NCBI GenBank assembly: GCA_054600435.1
Contig: BAAIJX010000017.1
Location: 186,001-250,000 of the forward strand
Direction: 5' to 3'
DNA from: Neophaeotheca triangularis
Taxonomy: Eukaryota
DNA length: 64,000 bases
This document shows positions 10,810-22,437 of this stretch, in pieces (positions within the stretch are counted from its first letter, which is position 1; every line of letters starts with the position of its first letter). Both the position numbers and the translations under genes were made by a program. The notes under the pieces were generated by a model. That model was not told the origin of the DNA. It saw nothing but the letters and a program-made list of their open reading frames with translations, and made no database searches.

Positions 10810-13800
10810 CTACTGCCCCTGCGAGCCCACGGCACCTAGACTTCCGAAACCGCCTCTGCCCATGCCAGGCGCGCCGAAACCGCTGGCTGGAATAGTCTTG
10901 GAAGGCATCGGGCTGCCAATTTCGCCCAGGCTGCCGCGGCCGACTTCCTGCCTCCCGGCACCGGCGCCCATGTGCGAGGGCTCCCACTTGACGGCGAAAC
11001 CCTCGGAGCCCTGCTCGCGGGTGACGCACAACTCGCCGCCGCCGTTCTGGCTGTCGCCCTCGGTCTCGCAGATTTCTTCGATTTCGCGGAGAGAGGGCGG
11101 CGTTTCGAGGGGAGGCTTGTTGCGCTCGATTTGCCCGAGGAGCGTGTCTACCGAATGGAAGCGGGAATCGCCAAGTTGTTTACAAGCGTGGCAGAGGGCG
11201 AGGCGGATTACGAGGGGACGGTTGATGTGATTGCTGCTGTGGTGGTGGGCAGCGCCGACGCGATGGAGACCGGAATGGTGGCCACCTTGGCCGAGGGAGC
11301 CGAAGCCGTTGGTGCTGAAAGCGTTTGTGTTGTGGGACCAGCCGCCACTGCTGCCCAAAGGCGGCATTCCCCAGCCTCCGCCTCCGGAGATGCCTTGCTG
11401 GTGGGAGAGGTTGGGTGTGTGGCTAAAGCCCATCATGCTCGGTGCGTTCCAGCTGCTGCTCGGGGGTACGCCGAAGCCGTTGCTCGGGGAGCCGAAACTG
11501 CCGATGGAACCCATGCCGCCTCCAATTGGACCGTTGCGGTTGGAGATGGGGATCGCGGATTGTCTGCGCGCCTCGATCGCCGGTTCTGGTTCGTCGGAGC
11601 CGTCGATCAACGCGGAACTGCCCAGGTGCTGCGAGAGGTCGTCGACGTCGGTGCTGGAGGCCCCGCCTGGTGGTTTCACACTGCTTGGACGCTGGATGGG
11701 AGCTGGGCGAGCAATGGGCTGGTTGACTTGAGCTTCAAATTGCTCCTTGCTGCTGGCAGATTGTTGTCGAGAATGTGTGGAAACCCTCTGCTGACGTGGT
11801 AGCTCGTTCGCAGGTGGACCTCCTGGTGGCTGGCCTATCGGTGACGTGTGGCTTGGCATCTGATGTGGCATGGAAGGTGGTCCAAAGCCTGGTGGCGCCC
11901 CAGCGCCTGGGCCTTCGAAGCCGAACGGCATCCCTCGGCCATGTGGTGGCATCATACCAGGAGGAGGCATAGGCATTCCGTTGTGACCGTTCATGCCGCT
12001 GGGTAGTGACATGCGATTTGGCATAGCTTGTGGTGGACCTTGATGTGGGAACATGGGCATTGGACCACGCTGCCCCATGCCTCCATGCATCATGCCGGGC
12101 TGAGGACCGGGGAAGCCTTGGAAACCCGCTGGAGCCATACCACCGAACCCGCCGGGATGCTGCTGTGGATGACCCATACCTGGTGGTGGCTGTGTAGGTG
12201 GCTGGTTCAGGGGAGAAGTAGTCTGCATTGGATGCTGGAACTGTGGTCCTTGCTGTTGTGGGCCTGGTTTCTGCAAGATTTGCTTTGGCGGTACTTGTGG
12301 CTGTTGGTTATGAGGTGCACTCCCAGGTGAAGACGCTTTACTGGGCGCGCTCGAGACTTGCGACTGTGTTTGCTTTGGCGAAGACGCAAGAGAGCTTTGG
12401 TGTGAAGGCTGCCTTGGCTTGCTCGCATTCGTGTTCGGGGTCGGCGCTTTCGGCAAAGCAGGTGTAGCAATCGTAGGGTGTGGAGAAGAAACGCCAGACG
12501 GTGTCTGCTTTTGGTACTGCCCTGGCACAGCGATGGCTGCCTGAGATGGACGTTTTTGGATCGCGGATGGTTGTGGTGGTTGAGCAGCCTGTTGAGCCGC
12601 CTTCTCGCGGTCCTTGGCCTCCTTGTCGGCTTTCGCTTTGGCCTCCTTTTCCTTCTTCTCCTTTTCCTCCTGAGCCTTGCGCTCCCTTGCTTCCCTATCT
12701 CGAGCCTCCTTCTCCTCGCGCTCGCGCTTCCGGGCTTCCTCCTTCCTTGCCTTTTCGGCTGCTCTTGCCTCGCGTGATTTCCGCTCAGCCTCCTCACGCT
12801 TTTGGTGTTCCTCCAACTGGCGACGCTGCTTTTCGTCTTCCTTTTTCTTACGCTCATCTTCCTGCTTCCGCTTCTCCTCTTCCTTTTTCTTGCGCTGTTC
12901 CTCCTTCTTGCGCCGTTGCTCCTCCTGCTTCTTCTCCTCAGCCTCCTTCAACCGCGCCTCCTCCGCAGCCTTTTCAACCTCCTTGCGAGCCTTTTCTTCC
13001 GCCTTGGCCTGTTGCTGCTGTTTCTTCTTGTTCTTCCTCTTCTCCGCATCCCTAGCCTTCTTCGCCTCCCTTTCCGCCTCGAGTCGACCTTCATCCTCAA
13101 GTTCCTCGAGCAGCTTTTGTTGCCGCTCGGCAGCCACCTTTTCACGATATGCAGTCAGTACGCGCTGTTCGAACATTCGGGCCGCGAAAATCTGAAACAT
13201 CCGCTTGCCCTCCTGCATGCGCTGCTCCTCAGTGAGACCGCCCTTTAGAGCACGGCACGTGTTAGCGATCCGCAGTAAGCGCTTGTGGTTGTTCTTTGAA
13301 CGCACCATCTCGTCTTCCTCCTCCAGATCATCGTCGTACTCTTCTTGGCTGTCATATGAGGCTTCATCATCCTCGAACTCGTCGCCGGCTGCTAGAGGAT
13401 CTTCTTGATTGTATGATGCATCGTTGGGAGGATAGTTGCCAGGGTGACTGGGGTGTTCAGCGTTTACGATAGCCTCATTCTCACGCTGCATACGCCTCTC
13501 AGCCAACTGCTCCATCATCTCGATAAATTTGCGGCCATCGTTCTTGAGGAGATCGTCGGCGACGGTGAGTAAATTGTCTTTGGAGGGCCCCCCGGGTGTT
13601 AGCTGGCTGGCGATTGCAATGCCGCTCTTGACAAGTTCCTTACCTTTGACTGTCAAGTTTTCACCAAAATTGAAAAAGTCGGGTACGCCCATGCTGCGCT
13701 GTGGTGGTGGTGGCATGAGGTCTTCGTCATCGGAGTACTCTTCTTCGTCGCTATACTCTTCCTCGTCGTCACTTGGATCTTCTTCCTGAGGCTCATCATC

Positions 13801-14664
13801 ATCGAGCAGCTCTTGCACCCTACTGGTTCTGTGCGGCGGATGTGGGACGTTTGGTCTGGTCGCAGCCAGTGGATGTGGAGGCCTTGGGTAGTCGAGCGGC
13901 GAGGGGACGGTGCCATCTGCTGAAGGAAGTGGAGGGTTGTCGTGGTGCGCATACTGCTCCAGTTCCTCGTAATAACCTTCGTAGAGGACTTCCAGCTCTT
14001 CCTCAATCGCTGTGCGCTTCCGCCCGCAAACAGTACAAGAGCAAGAGTGCTTCTGCTGCTGCTTCATCTTCTTCAGTACTGCCTCCTTCTCAATCTTCAG
14101 CAAAGACTTGCGCTCCTCCTCACTTAAGCTTAGCCAAAAGTCCTTGATATTCTGTCGCTCCTGCTGTGTGCTCGTGTTCCAGATGTTGCGATCCATGGCG
14201 ACAGTCTTCTGCACGGAGCGAAGAGCCGCCGATGACATGCCTGCTGGTGGTGGTGGAGCCAGGTGAGGCAGCGGTGGAAGGCGGGTGCTCATGGGACTTA
14301 GATGCCGGCCATGCGAGTGCCCCGCTTGCCTAGCCTTGCCTTTGTTCCCCCTCATGGCAGGCGGCGGCGGCGGCGGGTCGTAGCCGTTGGAGGAGGTATG
14401 TTGTGAGTAATGGTCGTCGTCGTATTGGTCGGCCTCGCCGTCTGAATAGTCGTATTCCTCTTCATCATCGTAGCCTAGCGGATCTTCGTGGTAGTCAAGC
14501 TCGGAAGGCTGACCGGCAGGCTGTGTTTGTTGCTGCGCAGCCGCCTTGAGCGCCTGCTTGGCCCTTCTCTTCTGCTTCTTGCGATTCCCTCCCACAACAC
14601 CTTTGGCCGGCGCAGTGATGACGCCGTTGGCGGACATTGGCGCTTTGGAGTTGTTGGTCGCCAT
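10810..14664 (-). CDS. NST1: Stress response protein NST1
   Basis: IWNTSTQQERQNIKDFWL...KHSCSCTVCGRKRTAIEEELE and LTVADDLLKNDGRKFIEMMEQLAERRMQRE motifs, long coiled coil, P/G/Q-rich region. In-frame introns 13578-13643 and 13243-13305. First ATG in frame at 14664. Confidence 0.9.
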   Translation of the reverse strand: MATNNSKAPMSANGVITAPAKGVVGGNRKKQKRRAKQALKAAAQQQTQPAGQPSELDYHEDPLGYDDEEEYDYSDGEADQYDDDHYSQHTSSNGYDPPPPPPAMRGNKGKARQAGHSHGRHLSPMSTRLPPLPHLAPPPPAGMSSAALRSVQKTVAMDRNIWNTSTQQERQNIKDFWLSLSEEERKSLLKIEKEAVLKKMKQQQKHSCSCTVCGRKRTAIEEELEVLYEGYYEELEQYAHHDNPPLPSADGTVPSPLDYPRPPHPLAATRPNVPHPPHRTSRVQELLDDDEPQEEDPSDDEEEYSDEEEYSDDEDLMPPPPQRSMGVPDFFNFGENLTVKGKELVKSGIAIASQLTPGGPSKDNLLTVADDLLKNDGRKFIEMMEQLAERRMQRENEAIVNAEHPSHPGNYPPNDASYNQEDPLAAGDEFEDDEASYDSQEEYDDDLEEEDEMVRSKNNHKRLLRIANTCRALKGGLTEEQRMQEGKRMFQIFAARMFEQRVLTAYREKVAAERQQKLLEELEDEGRLEAEREAKKARDAEKRKNKKKQQQQAKAEEKARKEVEKAAEEARLKEAEEKKQEEQRRKKEEQRKKKEEEKRKQEDERKKKEDEKQRRQLEEHQKREEAERKSREARAAEKARKEEARKREREEKEARDREARERKAQEEKEKKEKEAKAKADKEAKDREKAAQQAAQPPQPSAIQKRPSQAAIAVPGQYQKQTPSGVSSPHPTIATPALPKAPTPNTNASKPRQPSHQSSLASSPKQTQSQVSSAPSKASSPGSAPHNQQPQVPPKQILQKPGPQQQGPQFQHPMQTTSPLNQPPTQPPPGMGHPQQHPGGFGGMAPAGFQGFPGPQPGMMHGGMGQRGPMPMFPHQGPPQAMPNRMSLPSGMNGHNGMPMPPPGMMPPHGRGMPFGFEGPGAGAPPGFGPPSMPHQMPSHTSPIGQPPGGPPANELPRQQRVSTHSRQQSASSKEQFEAQVNQPIARPAPIQRPSSVKPPGGASSTDVDDLSQHLGSSALIDGSDEPEPAIEARRQSAIPISNRNGPIGGGMGSIGSFGSPSNGFGVPPSSSWNAPSMMGFSHTPNLSHQQGISGGGGWGMPPLGSSGGWSHNTNAFSTNGFGSLGQGGHHSGLHRVGAAHHHSSNHINRPLVIRLALCHACKQLGDSRFHSVDTLLGQIERNKPPLETPPSLREIEEICETEGDSQNGGGELCVTREQGSEGFAVKWEPSHMGAGAGRQEVGRGSLGEIGSPMPSKTIPASGFGAPGMGRGGFGSLGAVGSQGQ

Positions 14665-15987
14665 GGCTGTCGCGCCGGCTACCTTGTTGGTGGTTGAGTT
14701 GATCCGGCCCAGCAAACAGTCTCGTCAACGCGCTCAGTACGCAATTCAGTGTCTGTTGAAGGTCTTGTGCTTGCGCATGAGTAGGTGACAAAGCGTGGGT
14801 GAGGTGTCAAGATTGTGGATTACCTAGATTAGGTGACTTATTAGACTTCAACCGACGGTGGTGGAAGTCGCAAGTGTGATCCGTCCGTGCGCAGCAACCC
14901 TCATGGCAGCGCGGGCGGTCACCCACATTTACGAGGCACCATATCAAAAACACCTACCTTATCTTACCTTACCTTACCTGACCTTACATGAAGTTTACCT
15001 TGCTACTGTACCTAAGTATTGGAACATTTGGAAGACCATGTTATTTACCGCAAAAACCATTGTACCATCGTTTTGTCATCATGTAGTTGACTTGGTCGTC
15101 CACTTGCTTCCTTCGTTGCTTCCATTATCGCTTGGATGCTTCGTCGCACTGTATTACTCTACGGCCTCACCGTGTTCAGAGCAGACGCACCCTATTGACG
15201 GGAACCTGGAACCATCAGGCACTGCCTTAATTACGTTGTGCAGGTCACAGATATCGTCAAAAAGCTGCGGTACAGATCAGGACCTCGGGAGGTGTAATGA
15301 ACGGTTTAAGCCATTGTTACTGGTGTTTTGTAGATCTGGCCGGCTGGCGTTTGAGGGGAGACGCCATGTCCAAACACTTAATGGTACTAGTACCTACTAC
15401 TACTTGTAGGCTGTGTCTACCCAATCCAACACCCAACCTAGAACCTACTTTATGCACTGCACCTTGTCGACATAACCCTGTTCTACCTCCCGCCGCCTTC
15501 TTCTTCTCAAACATTCTACCCCTTCCGTGATAGGTTTCACTTGAACAGCTATCAAATCAAAGAGAGTGATCGCACCAAGCCGGCCTACCCCTAGCACCGC
15601 ATCATTGATCGAGTTGCGCAGCTTCCGTGAGCCGCTTCACGAGCGCAAGCAGCTTCAACTACAGTGCCATCCTCAATACCTAGGGACTCTGTACATCCCT
15701 AGCCGTTCTCGACAGCCCTTCCTCCTCGATCTCTTACGACACTTCCAAGCTTGCCTTGAGATTCGCGTTCATCCTCTTATTGGCCACCTCCATCCCATAC
15801 CTTCGGCCAGGCGTTCCCGCGGTGCCTCGATTGTACAAACTTACCCCACTGGCCGAGGCACGATAAAGAGAGGAGGTCGGCAGCGTAACACGTAATACCG
15901 TTCAGCCTGGCATTGAGAGCTAGTGGCAATAGTTTGGCACGAGATTAACAACAAGGACTCGGCCGGTTCCGAAGCACCTCTACAATC

Positions 15988-16782
15988 ATGGCCAACCAGG
16001 ACCAAGTGATGAGAAGGTCGGCTTCAGACACTACCCTGTCGTCAAATGGCTCACCGAGACTAATGCCCTATCGCAGGAAGCTGGTGATTATAGGCGACGG
16101 CGCATGCGGCAAGACCTCTTTACTGAGCGTGTTTACACTCGGCTACTTTCCTACAGTAAGACAGCACCATATACAAGACTCAACAAAAGATGGACTAGGC
16201 TTATGCTAAAACAACCTCACCCAGCGATACGTGCCCACCGTCTTCGAAAACTATGTAACCGACTGCCGCGTGGATGGCAAGTCCGTCCAACTAGCGCTTT
16301 GGGATACAGCAGGACAGGAAGACTACGAACGCCTGCGACCACTCGCCTACAGTCAAGCCCACGTAATCCTCATAGCCTTCTCCGTCAGCAGCACCGACTC
16401 CCTCCACAATATCACAACCAAATGGTACGCTAGCCCTATTCTGCCTCTACAGTCAATCACCTCGTAGTCCCGCTAACCCATCTTCTCAATCAGGCATCCC
16501 GAAGTCCTCGAACGTTGCCCAGGCGTTCCTATCATCCTCGTCGGCCTCAAAAAGGATCTACGCGAGGACCCGCAAGCGCAAGAGGAAATGCGCAAACGGA
16601 GCGAGAAATTCCTCACCGCCGAGGAGGGCGAGGACGTCCGGAAGCGTATTGGAGCGAAGAAATATCTCGAATGCTCATCGCTGACGGGTGAGGGAGTCGA
16701 CGATGTCTTCGAAGCGGCAACGAGGCAGAGTTTGCTGTCCGGGGATCGCAAAGAAAGAGGTGGATGTTGCGTCATTCTCTAA
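15988..16782 (+). CDS. RHO2: Rho-family GTPase Rho2
   Basis: [48 protein letters not shown]-terminal CCVIL (CAAX). Introns 16017-16076, 16156-16224, 16425-16493. Confidence 0.95.
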
Positions 16783-17953
16783 GCTGACGGGAGAAGGGGA
16801 GGAATTGAGACATGGGGCTGTTGCATACAAATACCGGTGTTCCTCGTGTTTCTCGTGGATCGAGGCGTTTCCTTTTACTGTCGAACCATGCCATCGGAAC
16901 GGCGTTTTATCAAAAAGTCTTGTCGCTTTTTGTTTGTGGAGCGTTCTGGCTATAGGGGATGGGTGGGTGGACATATGGCTGGCTGAAATGCAAACTGGCG
17001 CAATGCTTCGCTGAGAAGGAAAGAAGAGAGAATGCGAGCGGGAATCTTTTTACTACACAAAGTGCTGGCGCAACCTTGCAAATAGTCGTACGGAGCGAAC
17101 CAAGACTTCATGCGAGAAGTTCGAGGAAGGTACTGAACCAATGGCTCACGGTTTGAAGCATTCTTCTGTTGAGCTATAGGTAAGATAAGATGGTGAGTCA
17201 ATTCGTGACTGTTGTAGTGGTTTGGTTCAGAGCCGCAGACCCTGCAGTCGACACACCAATGCAACTCCCAAACCCAAAAAGTTCCACCCAAACCCGTCAA
17301 GTCTTATGGAAGTCCCTCCCCTGACATGCCGGGCAGCAATACGGTTTGATATTGAGAAATCCGCCCTGTTTCTCTCCCATTTGGAAGGTATTGTTACCGA
17401 ACAAGGCCGGGTTAGCACCCTTGCTGCAAACACTGCATGGCATGCTAAAGTACATGTATATATCACAAGCATCCTGCTACCACTGACACGTCAGCAACCC
17501 CGTACCGTACCTACGTGAAGCCGTGTGAAAGTGACGGTAGAAAAGTATCGTGTCGTACAGCTTAGCTTACCTACCTTTCGCAGTGGATGAGCATGGGCAC
17601 ATAGCAACAAGAATCATCTTCGATACTACTACCTTACTTTACTAGTGGAGGCGAGGCGCTTACTCTACTGCAAACCTAAGCCACGACGACCAAGTATGCA
17701 AGTGATTTTTGCTGGGTGGTGATTGGTCGTTGGCCGATGACGGTTTTTTCTCAGTTCTGGTCTGAGAGCCCGGGGAAAAATTGGAGCCTCCGATGACATG
17801 TGATGGTAACTTTGGGCGAGGTTGTTGCGAGGATTGACTGCGAGAGATATCCGATGCGAGAGCTCGTGAAGTTGGCTTGATCACGGGGGATCTTATGTTA
17901 TGTTGGTCTTGCAGTATACCTACCCAGGCATACGTTCTTTTACAAGGCCAAGT

Positions 17954-17997
17954 GCTGTTGTCGTTGTTGTTGTTGTTGCTGTTATTGTTGTTGTTGT
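17954..17997. repeat. (GTT)n-type microsatellite
   Basis: Imperfect GTT/GCT triplet run read directly. Confidence 0.85.
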
Positions 17998-18748
17998 CGA
18001 CGACCACCTGGCAGACTTGAGACGCTCGATCCAGGGGTGGCACTGGCACACGAGCAAGGTACCTTATGTGGGGAGTCTGACCGCCGTTCTGGCTTTAAAC
18101 TTTTTGGGCTAAAAGCCAGCAACAACCTCTTCTCCCTCCCTCCCTCCCTCCCTCCCTCTTTCCTTCCTTCCTCTGCTCGACAACTTCACTTCACCACCCA
18201 TTCACCCAATCTACAGCGACGAAGCGCCACTACTACACAACCCAACAGACATACCCATACCATATCAACTTCGTCAAGATGCCGCAGCCTATCGCTCTCG
18301 GTCACTAAACTCCACTGGGGGGAATCTTCAAACAGCTCCCTCCAGTCCAGCGTGTCCCTCTTAGCGGTATAACTTCAATCCACTGAAATCTCAAGACGAA
18401 TCTCGCCTACCCGTACTGCTCAAGCACCCGCAAGCAGTCCACAAAGTAGCCTCTACTAAGCTATTCATCCATATAGCATTGGCACGCATCCGAGCTATTC
18501 CCGATCGCTTTCATTCCAACAAGGCAGCGAAGACGAAGTTCAGACTTGACCACTCGCGATCTCGTCTCGGGGTCGAGTCTTCTGAAACACACAAAGACGC
18601 AGATATCGCCTGCTGGGCGACTTAGCTCGACGTTACCACCGGACCGAACAGTGTGATCTTTGATCTCACCCTCACCGCTGAATTCAATACCCTTCTCTAT
18701 CCACCCGTAGCCTGCAAACCCTACAACACATTCTTCTGAATCATTCCA

Positions 18749-21204
18749 ATGGCGGGCAGGCTTACCGAAGTTTCCCACGGTGGCTCACCCCTCCAAAAGG
18801 GCCACTATATCAATGGTAAGGACGGCGGAGGCTCCAGCCAGGGGGCCATGATGGTGGGCAATGGTTCCTCCACAAGCCCATCCAGTCCATCCACTGCGAC
18901 TGGCGAGCAGCAGAACGACGAAGACGAGTCGACCGAGGAAGGCGATAGTAGCAAGTTTGGAAATCAAGATGGCAGTGTGGACAAGCCAGATGCCCATGCC
19001 CTGCCAGGCGCCCCAATGAACGGGGCTCAAGCTGCTTCGAGCCGTCTGGCAGGGCAATTGCACGGATTTGGAGAGGGTGCTAGCTCAGGATCGTTGACGC
19101 CCACGGTACTTTCGACGCAAAAGGGGATAGCGGACACTACGCTTGCGGACAGCCCATTGAGCGACGTAAGCATGGAGGAGGTTGATCAAGCGATTGAGGG
19201 CGCATCCAAAGTGTCCGAGGAAGATGGAGATGAGGATGATGCGTACGAAGGATTGGACAGTATGAGCGACAGTGGGAATTCGCAGATGGACGAGCAAGAG
19301 TTGGAGCAGTCGGCTGAAAAAGAGCTTGCGAAGATGTACGAGAGGCGGGAGGCTCGACGTGTCGCAAAGGCTCTATTCAAGGAGGACGAGGACGCGATGC
19401 CCACTTCGCAGGTCTCCGAGGGAGCCAATGCGACTGAGACTGCTGTTGAAGATGAGGACGATGCTGAGCTGGACTACACTGAAGATCCCTTTGGCGGCAT
19501 TGATGCTAACACTGCTATGGAGATGTTTCCGTACGACAAGCACGAAGATCCTTTGGGCCTCGGCCAGGGCTTGGGCATGGCCGAATTTTCCTTTGAGGAC
19601 CAGCTAGATGATTGGCGCCGTGACGACTTTGACCAAGAACGTCGCGAGAGTCAACAGTCGGCGGGCATGCCCAAGCGCGTGCGTTTCGAGGACGACGTTT
19701 TCTCCAGAAGCTCAAGCTTCAGCAACAACTCCGATGACGACGAAGAACAGGACCCCAACGACGCGTTCCCAGATTTGTTCATGTCTCAGGATGATCCGCT
19801 CATGCAGCAGCGTCTCGCTATGGTTGATCAGGAAGACGCAGCTGCTGATCGCGAATTCAACGCTGATAACAATAGCGACGCTGGGTCGTACTGGGACTTT
19901 GATGACGAGGACAAGATGGCTTTTGAGATGGACCAGGAAAGTGAATCCGACGATTCCTCCAGTTCATCGAACGATGACGACTGTAAGTAGAATGACCGGT
20001 CGGTTTGCAACATGCTCTTACTGACAACACTCTAGCCGAAGATGGAGGCGACACGACTGACGAAGAGACCGAGGAAAGCCAGCAAATGAGCATCGCTGTC
20101 GCTATCGCCAACTCCAAGCGTTCGCCAACCCGTGGGGCGAAGAGTGCACCTGGTACTCCAGCAGGCTCCCGTCGCGCCATCAATCGACCAACGCGTTCGA
20201 GCAGTACTGGCCGCGTTGGCAACCCTCGCATCGGCAAGCCCCCGCCTGTTGGAACGTTTGTGGTCGATTCTCGACGAGCTCGGATGTACTCCAAGTTCAA
20301 TAATGGTCGTAGCGGTCTCATCATCGAGCCCCCTTCTAGGCCAGCGCACAAGGACAAAGCTTTGTGGGACCGACACCAGAGTGTTATGAGTAGCCGCAAC
20401 AACAGCCCGCGCAACTCCATGTCGTACGATGGCTCGACGCCAAGTCTCGATGATATCCCTGCTCGTCCCTTCACCGCTCACTCTACCTTGGGTACTATGT
20501 TCAACGGCAACCTCGACATTCTCCGCAATAACGACAGAATAGGCATTACGGATGAAGCCTTCTCCGCGCCAGTGACCCGTCAAAACTCCCTCGCGCCTGC
20601 AGATTACGCCAGCGAGACGGAAGATGAAAGCGAAGAAGAACTCAACCTTGCTGACTTCATGCACTACTCCGATTCCGAGAGCGAGGCCGGCGACGACGAG
20701 CCGCAATCGGCAACGACTCTCGCCTCGCCAACCGCATTCACGCCCTCCGACGCCCCTATCTACTCCGATGTCATGAACAGCCCCGCCCTCGCCAGCTCTC
20801 CCGCATCCCGTCCCGCCAGTATGGCTCCCTCCAACACCGACCTCCTCTCCCACCTCGACCGTAACCGCGGCATTGTCGGCTCCTTCCGCCGCAACCAACA
20901 CCGCGCCAAACAAATTGGCTCCCTGGCCTCGCACCCCAGCCTGCGCGCCTCGACTTCCGAACTCAACGCACTGCAAAAAGGCCGCCGCGGCGCCGCTAAT
21001 ATGCCCATGACGCCCGCTCGCAAGAAGCGCCCCAGTGCAGACCTTACACCCCGGGGATCTGGAAGCGGCGCGGGGATTCGTAAACCGAACGCCGCTGCTG
21101 GAGCTGCGGGCAGTCCGCTGGCGAAACAGGCGCCGCGTCGCAGAGGTGGGAGTCTGGGCGCGAACTTTTCGCCTGCGCCCAAGCAGAACAACGCCTCGAA
21201 GTAA
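18749..21204 (+). CDS. Large acidic nuclear protein, possibly Ifh1/Crf1-like
   Basis: Exons 18749-19982 and 20036-21204; intron 19983-20035 (GTAAGT..CTGAC..TAG). The spliced junction reads SEDGGDTTDEE. KRVRF motif and basic C-terminus. The gene is solid; the family call is tentative. Confidence 0.7.
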
Positions 21205-22437
21205 GCGTCGGGGTCTTTCACGAAGATTTATGATGTGACGGTATGACGCTACGGCTGGCTGCTTCTACATCACTTTTTGACGCGAGCCATCACCTACCAC
21301 ATGAGAGTGGGCGTCTGCCGCTACGGCTAAAAGCATACGATTTCTGGGGTCGGTATACTTGTTCTTCCCGTCCCCTGAAAGGAGAAAGAAGCAAAACATT
21401 CCACGAACCGCCCTTTTTCCTCGAAACCCGCCATATCCCTTCTCCTCGCCTCATCTGTCGCGTTCATTCACTGCTGCGTTCAAAGCCTGGGGACTAGGGA
21501 AGACTGTTATCTGAAGGCGTTTTTCAAGGCTGGGATGGACCCTTCTTTTTTCAAGCGCCTGCTCTAGTTTGGAGTTGGTGGTCACGTGTTGGGCTGTTTG
21601 GCTGCTCTTCTGTTAGTTTGAAGATTTGAAGGGGGGTTTCGTTTGATAGAGTTAGGTGATCACCTTAGTAAGATCTGTGGTATCTGCTGGCTTGCCGCCT
21701 TACGTTTGGGGCACTCTGGATTCTGGCCTTGTGAAGTGTTGTGGAGTGGTGATACCCTCCTTGGCTGCTCTGCTGACGGTGATCTTGAGAGGCGAGGCAA
21801 GTTTGCTTTAGGTTCAATGGCTGCCGTGTAGGTTGAGTCGGGTGCAATACTCCTACTCACTGGCAGAAGTTGGACGTGACGTGGTCCTTTATGACAATTG
21901 CGTTCTTCGAGGCTATGAGGTTGGCTCAAGATATACTGTACCAATACATACAAATAGCCTGCCGTTACTGCCAAAGCGGTCGAGCGTAACACCGATCGTA
22001 ATTTTCAAGGTCTTGCGGGCATGCATCGCTCAAGTTATGCTCTTCAACCTCATTGCTAACGAGGCAAGGTGTTGTGAGGGGCGGTTGGTCCGCCAAAAAC
22101 CTCCCAGGACAAAAGCCGAAGCTCGAAAGCCAACAACCGGATGTCTCTCAGCCGGTGGCGACAGCACACACAATACTCGTCGCCGCTCCAACCTGAGACA
22201 TGATTACCAGCTAGTATCTGCTACCGTGGCGCTGTCAAGAACTTCTAAAGGTCACTTGGCACCGAGGTAAAGTATAGGCACTCGACCGCTTCGCATCGTA
22301 AGTTGTCTGCAGCGCATATCGTTCGACTTCATCATCCCTTCGACCTTGGCCTTTCTCCCCCTCTCTTCCCTTTAAACCCTCCAATCGTCTTCAAGGGCAT
22401 ACGGAGACCTTAGACGGCAGACTCGACTACTGCAACC

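Noticed and set aside
10972..13248. Multiple plus-strand ORFs over NST1
   Set aside because: Antisense shadows of a GC-rich, low-complexity CDS.
20032..20976. 314-aa minus-strand ORF
   Set aside because: Antisense to exon 2 of the acidic protein gene.
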